Of a stretch of DNA of 50,614 bases, positions 47,014 through 50,614 are shown piece by piece (position 1 is the stretch's first letter; each line of letters opens with the position of its first letter). Source of the stretch: a virus; IMG/VR virus record IMGVR_UViG_3300031992_000143, positions 1-50,614 of that record; one strand, written 5' to 3'. The notes under the pieces are model-generated. The model did no database searches, was not told the origin of the DNA, and worked only from the letters and a program-made list of their open reading frames with translations. The translations under genes were made by a program, and so were the position numbers.

Positions 47014-48701
47014 ATCGCCCCGATTGCAAATTCTTTGAGTTTAACGTTAAAGGCTGCATCGAAAGCCTGGCGAGACAAGGACGAAATATCGAACTTTTCT
47101 TGCGCCTTCGTGTTAGAGTCAGTCGCCTTCGTCTGCTTTTTCGTCGCGTCAGTAGATTCCTTGATAGTCTTTTCCAAATCGGCAAATTGCTTTTCAAGGT
47201 TTAGACCAGAACCTAAATTAGGGTCTTTCACCATGGGCGTCAAGGTGGACTTCCATTCGATGCCATATTCTTCTTGATATACTTGCTTTAACAGGTCAAG
47301 CGTCTTTTTACGGTCTTTGACATTTTCGCTTTTCTGCTTCAATTCAGTAGAAGCGGCCCGTCCTTCGGCCCCGCCAAGATTGGCTTTCTTTTGGAGATCG
47401 TAAAGTTTTTGATTTTCGTTTTCAAGATTCTTTTCAAGTTCACTTAAAACTTGTTCGGGCGTTTTCTTGCCTTCATAAAGATACTTTTGTTTAAAATAGT
47501 TTTTGCCCCAGGCTTTTTCCTTTTCCGTTGCTTCATGTTCGGAACGCGCCTTCAGCCAGTTGTAGGCTTCTACAAAACCTTCAATGGCCATCAGTGCAAT
47601 ACCGATAGGGCCTAAAGCCGTTTTCATGGCCATTCCGATAGCCTTGAACGCGGTCACGCCAACGGACTTCAACGAGAATAAAGAACTTTTCAACAAGCCC
47701 ACGGCGGTTACTTGGTAGCCCATCGCGGCACCAGACGCAAGTGCGGCCCTTTGGATAACGGTTACAAAAGCGTACTTGCCAACGGCGGCAATTTTCATAA
47801 ACGCATTGAACAGAGTTACCTGCAAATCTCTTGTCGCAAGGGCTATTACAACAACAGAAAGACGGCGTGCCCATGTAATCACTTCGTCAAAAGGAATGTC
47901 AAGAATGACATTGGCAAAACCTTTAACGCTGCTTACTATTGGATCCCAGTTGAACGCGATAAGCATATCGACGCCAGCCTTCATCATTGGCAAAAAGGCT
48001 TCAGCCATTTTTTGCAACGCCGTTACGAAATTGTCCTTTAGCGTTGAAATTCGACCTTGCAAAGTCTGGCTTTGAGCTTCTAGGTTTCCAAAGAACATCC
48101 CGCCTTCGGAGGTTGCCGCCTTGAAAGCCAAAGTAACCATGTCGGCACTAATCGCGCCCTTTTCCATGGCCGTCTTGAGGTCTTTCATGGACATTCCCGT
48201 TTTTTGGGAAATTATGGTAAGCGGGTTAAAGCCTTGACCGACCAACTGCAATAGGTCTTGACCCATCAAGCGACCGGCGGACTTTATCTGCCCAAAAACA
48301 AGCGCAAGAGAATTTAAACGGTTCTGGTCTGCACCGGCAACATCGCCCAACATCTTCAATGTGGGTACGACGCTATCCGCTTCGAGACCAAATGCCATCA
48401 AGGTCTTTGCGGCGTTTGAAAGTCCCAACTTGTCAAACGGGGTCTTTTCGGCAAACGCGGAAATTTCTCCAATAACATTTTTCGCCTTTTCAGCGGATCC
48501 AGTCATGACGGTAAATTGAGCCGTCAAGCCTTCCATAGTCATGGCGGCTTCTATGCCCGTCTTTGCAAGCATGGTAAAGCCCGCGCCGAGAGCGAGACCG
48601 CCGACGAATGTCTTGAAACCGGTCAGCGCCTGTTTGGCCTTGTCAATGCCTTTAGGGTCTACCTGAAAGCCCAAGCGGGTGAAAAGTTCCTCAATTACCA
48701 T
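47010..48701 (-). CDS. tail tape measure protein
   Basis: 563 aa. Motifs: FDKLGLSNAAKTLMAFGLEADSVVPTLKMLGDVAG...LVFGQIKSAGRLMGQDLLQLVGQGFNPL. Has hydrophobic mid-section helices and a coiled-coil C-terminus. Confidence 0.9.
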   Translation of the reverse strand: MVIEELFTRLGFQVDPKGIDKAKQALTGFKTFVGGLALGAGFTMLAKTGIEAAMTMEGLTAQFTVMTGSAEKAKNVIGEISAFAEKTPFDKLGLSNAAKTLMAFGLEADSVVPTLKMLGDVAGADQNRLNSLALVFGQIKSAGRLMGQDLLQLVGQGFNPLTIISQKTGMSMKDLKTAMEKGAISADMVTLAFKAATSEGGMFFGNLEAQSQTLQGRISTLKDNFVTALQKMAEAFLPMMKAGVDMLIAFNWDPIVSSVKGFANVILDIPFDEVITWARRLSVVVIALATRDLQVTLFNAFMKIAAVGKYAFVTVIQRAALASGAAMGYQVTAVGLLKSSLFSLKSVGVTAFKAIGMAMKTALGPIGIALMAIEGFVEAYNWLKARSEHEATEKEKAWGKNYFKQKYLYEGKKTPEQVLSELEKNLENENQKLYDLQKKANLGGAEGRAASTELKQKSENVKDRKKTLDLLKQVYQEEYGIEWKSTLTPMVKDPNLGSGLNLEKQFADLEKTIKESTDATKKQTKATDSNTKAQEKFDISSLSRQAFDAAFNVKLKEFAIGAI

Positions 48702-48889
48702 CAGCGTCTCCTTTCGTTCGCTTGCCGCATCTGTTCCATTTGCATGGCCTGGTATGCGTCCGCGGCGGCTTCACAATCGCGGCGCATATCGAGAATGGAA
48801 TTGAAGTACCTAATATCGTCTAGGTCCCATTTCTCGACTTCGCTCAAAGGCTGGCCCATATCCACGACTAGGCGCAATACGGGCCACAT
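48701..48889 (-). CDS. tail assembly chaperone, -1-frame ORF (GpE-like motif); either independently initiated or the extension of a -1 frameshift product
   Basis: 62-aa ORF with GAGGA RBS. It lies in the -1 frame relative to 48895..49398, and that frame is open upstream to 49045. Motif GQPLSEVEKWDLDDIRYF. Confidence 0.55.
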   Translation of the reverse strand: MWPVLRLVVDMGQPLSEVEKWDLDDIRYFNSILDMRRDCEAAADAYQAMQMEQMRQANERRR

Positions 48890-48894
48890 ATCCT

Positions 48895-49398
48895 CTACTT
48901 CGCCGGCGAGTGACCCGACAGAGCCAATCCGGGCCCATGTCTGGTCTCGGTGGGTTCGGCTCCTTCGGAGGTAGCGGTTGTTCTCTGCTGGAGACCAAAG
49001 CGAGCCGCCAACTTGAAAGGGGCCAGTTTGTTAAACTTCCAGCTTTCAAGGACAATCGAATACATGGCTTCGAGTTCGCCCTGGAAAACCGTGTCGATGT
49101 CCGTGGAGCTTTGGATTTCTACGGGCGGCATACCGGGCGCGGTAATGGTGCAACCCTTCAAGGAATCGACAATGATGCCCACGGCCTTTTCGTCGGGCAA
49201 GTCGGCGAGCATCTCGATGATGCCGTCAATGATGGAATTAAGGTTCACATCTTCGGACAGCTTCGACAGGTCGATGCTCTTGACAAGCGGCAAAACGAGG
49301 GTGCCCACCCTCTTTGCGAGGGTGAATGCCTTTGTAGCCGGAAGCGGACGGAACCGCACGGAGAAGTTTTCAATATCTTTAGTAATCGGGGAGAGCAT
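48895..49398 (-). CDS. tail assembly chaperone (G-like ORF)
   Basis: 167-aa ORF between the tube and tape measure genes. Contains the heptamer C-CCT-TTC in the zero frame (RC of 49015-49021). Confidence 0.65.
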   Translation of the reverse strand: MLSPITKDIENFSVRFRPLPATKAFTLAKRVGTLVLPLVKSIDLSKLSEDVNLNSIIDGIIEMLADLPDEKAVGIIVDSLKGCTITAPGMPPVEIQSSTDIDTVFQGELEAMYSIVLESWKFNKLAPFKLAARFGLQQRTTATSEGAEPTETRHGPGLALSGHSPAK

Positions 49399-49401
49399 GG
49401 G

Positions 49402-49839
49402 TTAGTTACCTCCTACGAGGTTGGCTCCGATGCCGGTATCAAACACCCATGCGCGGGTATTCAAATCGTCGCCGTCTTCCCATTCGGGATCCTTGCGAAT
49501 CCATGCTTGCGGGGCGAAGAAAAGAGTCTTGCCGAGCAAGTCCTTGATGGTAAGCGGGAACACGCCGGCGTTCGTCACCTGGTCGGCTGCGAGGGCGGCG
49601 GAAAGTTCGGCGTTCACGGTAGCGGTCTGCTGGAGCGTGACGGTCACCTCGAAATCGCCCTGGTTCTTGTTGATGCGTTCCACATCGCCACCGGCTCCCT
49701 TGGACTTCACGAAAGCGTCGCCGGAACGGTTGACGGAAACAAAGGTGCCTTCGGCATATCCGCTAATGGGAATGACGCCGAAAGTGATAACGACCATTTT
49801 CGGGTCGTAGGTCTTGACGGTTAAATCAGGTGCGGGCAT
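49402..49839 (-). CDS. tail tube protein (DUF3277-like)
   Basis: 145-aa ORF directly after the sheath gene with GGAGG RBS. Sequence includes VVITFGVIPISGYAEGTFVSVNRSGDAF. Confidence 0.75.
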   Translation of the reverse strand: MPAPDLTVKTYDPKMVVITFGVIPISGYAEGTFVSVNRSGDAFVKSKGAGGDVERINKNQGDFEVTVTLQQTATVNAELSAALAADQVTNAGVFPLTIKDLLGKTLFFAPQAWIRKDPEWEDGDDLNTRAWVFDTGIGANLVGGN

Positions 49840-49855
49840 TTTTGGCCTCCTTTAA

Positions 49856-50614
49856 TTACACGGAAATAGTGCCGTTGATGGTGACACGATGGATAGCACC
49901 CTGGTAGAGTGCGGTAAATTTGACGTCCGGCAGCTTGCGGGCCAGCTTGTCGGCTTGCGGAATGTCGGCGTAACGCGGGACGGTCACGACGATGGAATCA
50001 GCCTGCAAGATACCGGCAGAAGCGGCCTGGTTCAGTACGCCCTTGACAAGTCCTTCGATCATGGCTATGCCCGTGTCGTCATACGGAATCTTGCGGTTGT
50101 TGACGAGCGCGGAATAGACGCTTTCGCGGAGGCGGGCTTCAAGCCAGTCCGTACCGATGATAATGTCAATCCACTCGCCGCTTGCAACCTTGCCCTCCTG
50201 GGTGATATTCACGCCGCCGACTTCGGAATAGAAGTTGCAGTTTTTGGAAAGGATGTTGGTTTCCTTGGTTGCCGTGATGTTGTCGGCTGCGACGCCACTA
50301 AGCGTCTTGTAAGCCCAGGTGGAAGAACCCGGGTCATACGGGAACCCTTCGCCCATCCATGCGGCATCGGGATAGTCCGCGCCGTCCGTTGGTACGGCGT
50401 GGTAAATGACGGCGGTGCGGTCGCGGCTTGCCTTCTTAAGAAGGGACGCTGCGTCGGTAGAAGTTTCAGCATTGTAAATGCTGGAATAGATATTCGTGTC
50501 GGAACTCCAAACGATGCAGAATTTCTTTGCGCTTTCGACCCATGCGGCAACGGCGGTAATCTTGGCAGCCGTGTCAACCATGGCGGGATCGACAACGAGG
50601 CCATACCAGGAGTT
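49856..50614 (-). CDS. contractile tail sheath protein (DUF3383-like), C-terminal part; N-terminal part is at 466..1
   Basis: ORF 49856..50581 is open upstream to the window edge. Bases 50488-50614 duplicate 1-127. The joined gene is 1098 nt (365 aa). Confidence 0.75.
   Translation of the reverse strand, partial: NSWYGLVVDPAMVDTAAKITAVAAWVESAKKFCIVWSSDTNIYSSIYNAETSTDAASLLKKASRDRTAVIYHAVPTDGADYPDAAWMGEGFPYDPGSSTWAYKTLSGVAADNITATKETNILSKNCNFYSEVGGVNITQEGKVASGEWIDIIIGTDWLEARLRESVYSALVNNRKIPYDDTGIAMIEGLVKGVLNQAASAGILQADSIVVTVPRYADIPQADKLARKLPDVKFTALYQGAIHRVTINGTISV
50488..50614. repeat. terminal direct repeat, copy 2 (identical to 1..127)
   Basis: Same 127 nt as the window start. Unique genome length is therefore 50487 bp. 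Confidence 0.95.

Overview
This window looks like a complete, circularly closed genome of about 50.49 kb from a tailed dsDNA phage with a contractile tail. Bases 1-127 are identical to bases 50488-50614, and the tail sheath ORF is intact only when the two ends are joined.

There are three transcription blocks:
- Minus strand, 11475 down to 1: terminase, portal, MuF-like protein, protease/scaffold, decoration protein, major capsid and neck genes.
- Minus strand, continuing across the junction from 50614 down to 37342: sheath, tube, chaperone, tape measure, baseplate, two fibers and a putative lysis cassette.
- Plus strand, 11727 to 37244: about 55 mostly small early/accessory genes. Recognisable ones include DUF2958, a DnaD-like protein, ASCH, a YqaJ-type exonuclease with an annealing protein and SSB, a free-standing HNH endonuclease, a PAPS-reductase-like enzyme, a SpoVG homolog, an N6-methyltransferase N-terminal fragment and a PcfK/PcfJ-like pair.

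I recognised no integrase, DNA polymerase, helicase or primase. Strong AAGGAG/GGAGG ribosome-binding sites and TTGACA-N17-TATATT promoters are visible. The host cannot be named from the sequence.

The most unusual part is the accessory island at 23.8-28.2 kb. It holds an atypical 94-nt tRNA-like gene, two ORF-poor structured regions of about 300 and 420 nt, and several genes that need non-standard decoding or are truncated: an A8 tract, an in-frame TAG in spoVG, a -1 overlapping paralog pair, and the methyltransferase fragment.

All family names come from motif recognition by eye. No database search or structure prediction was run.
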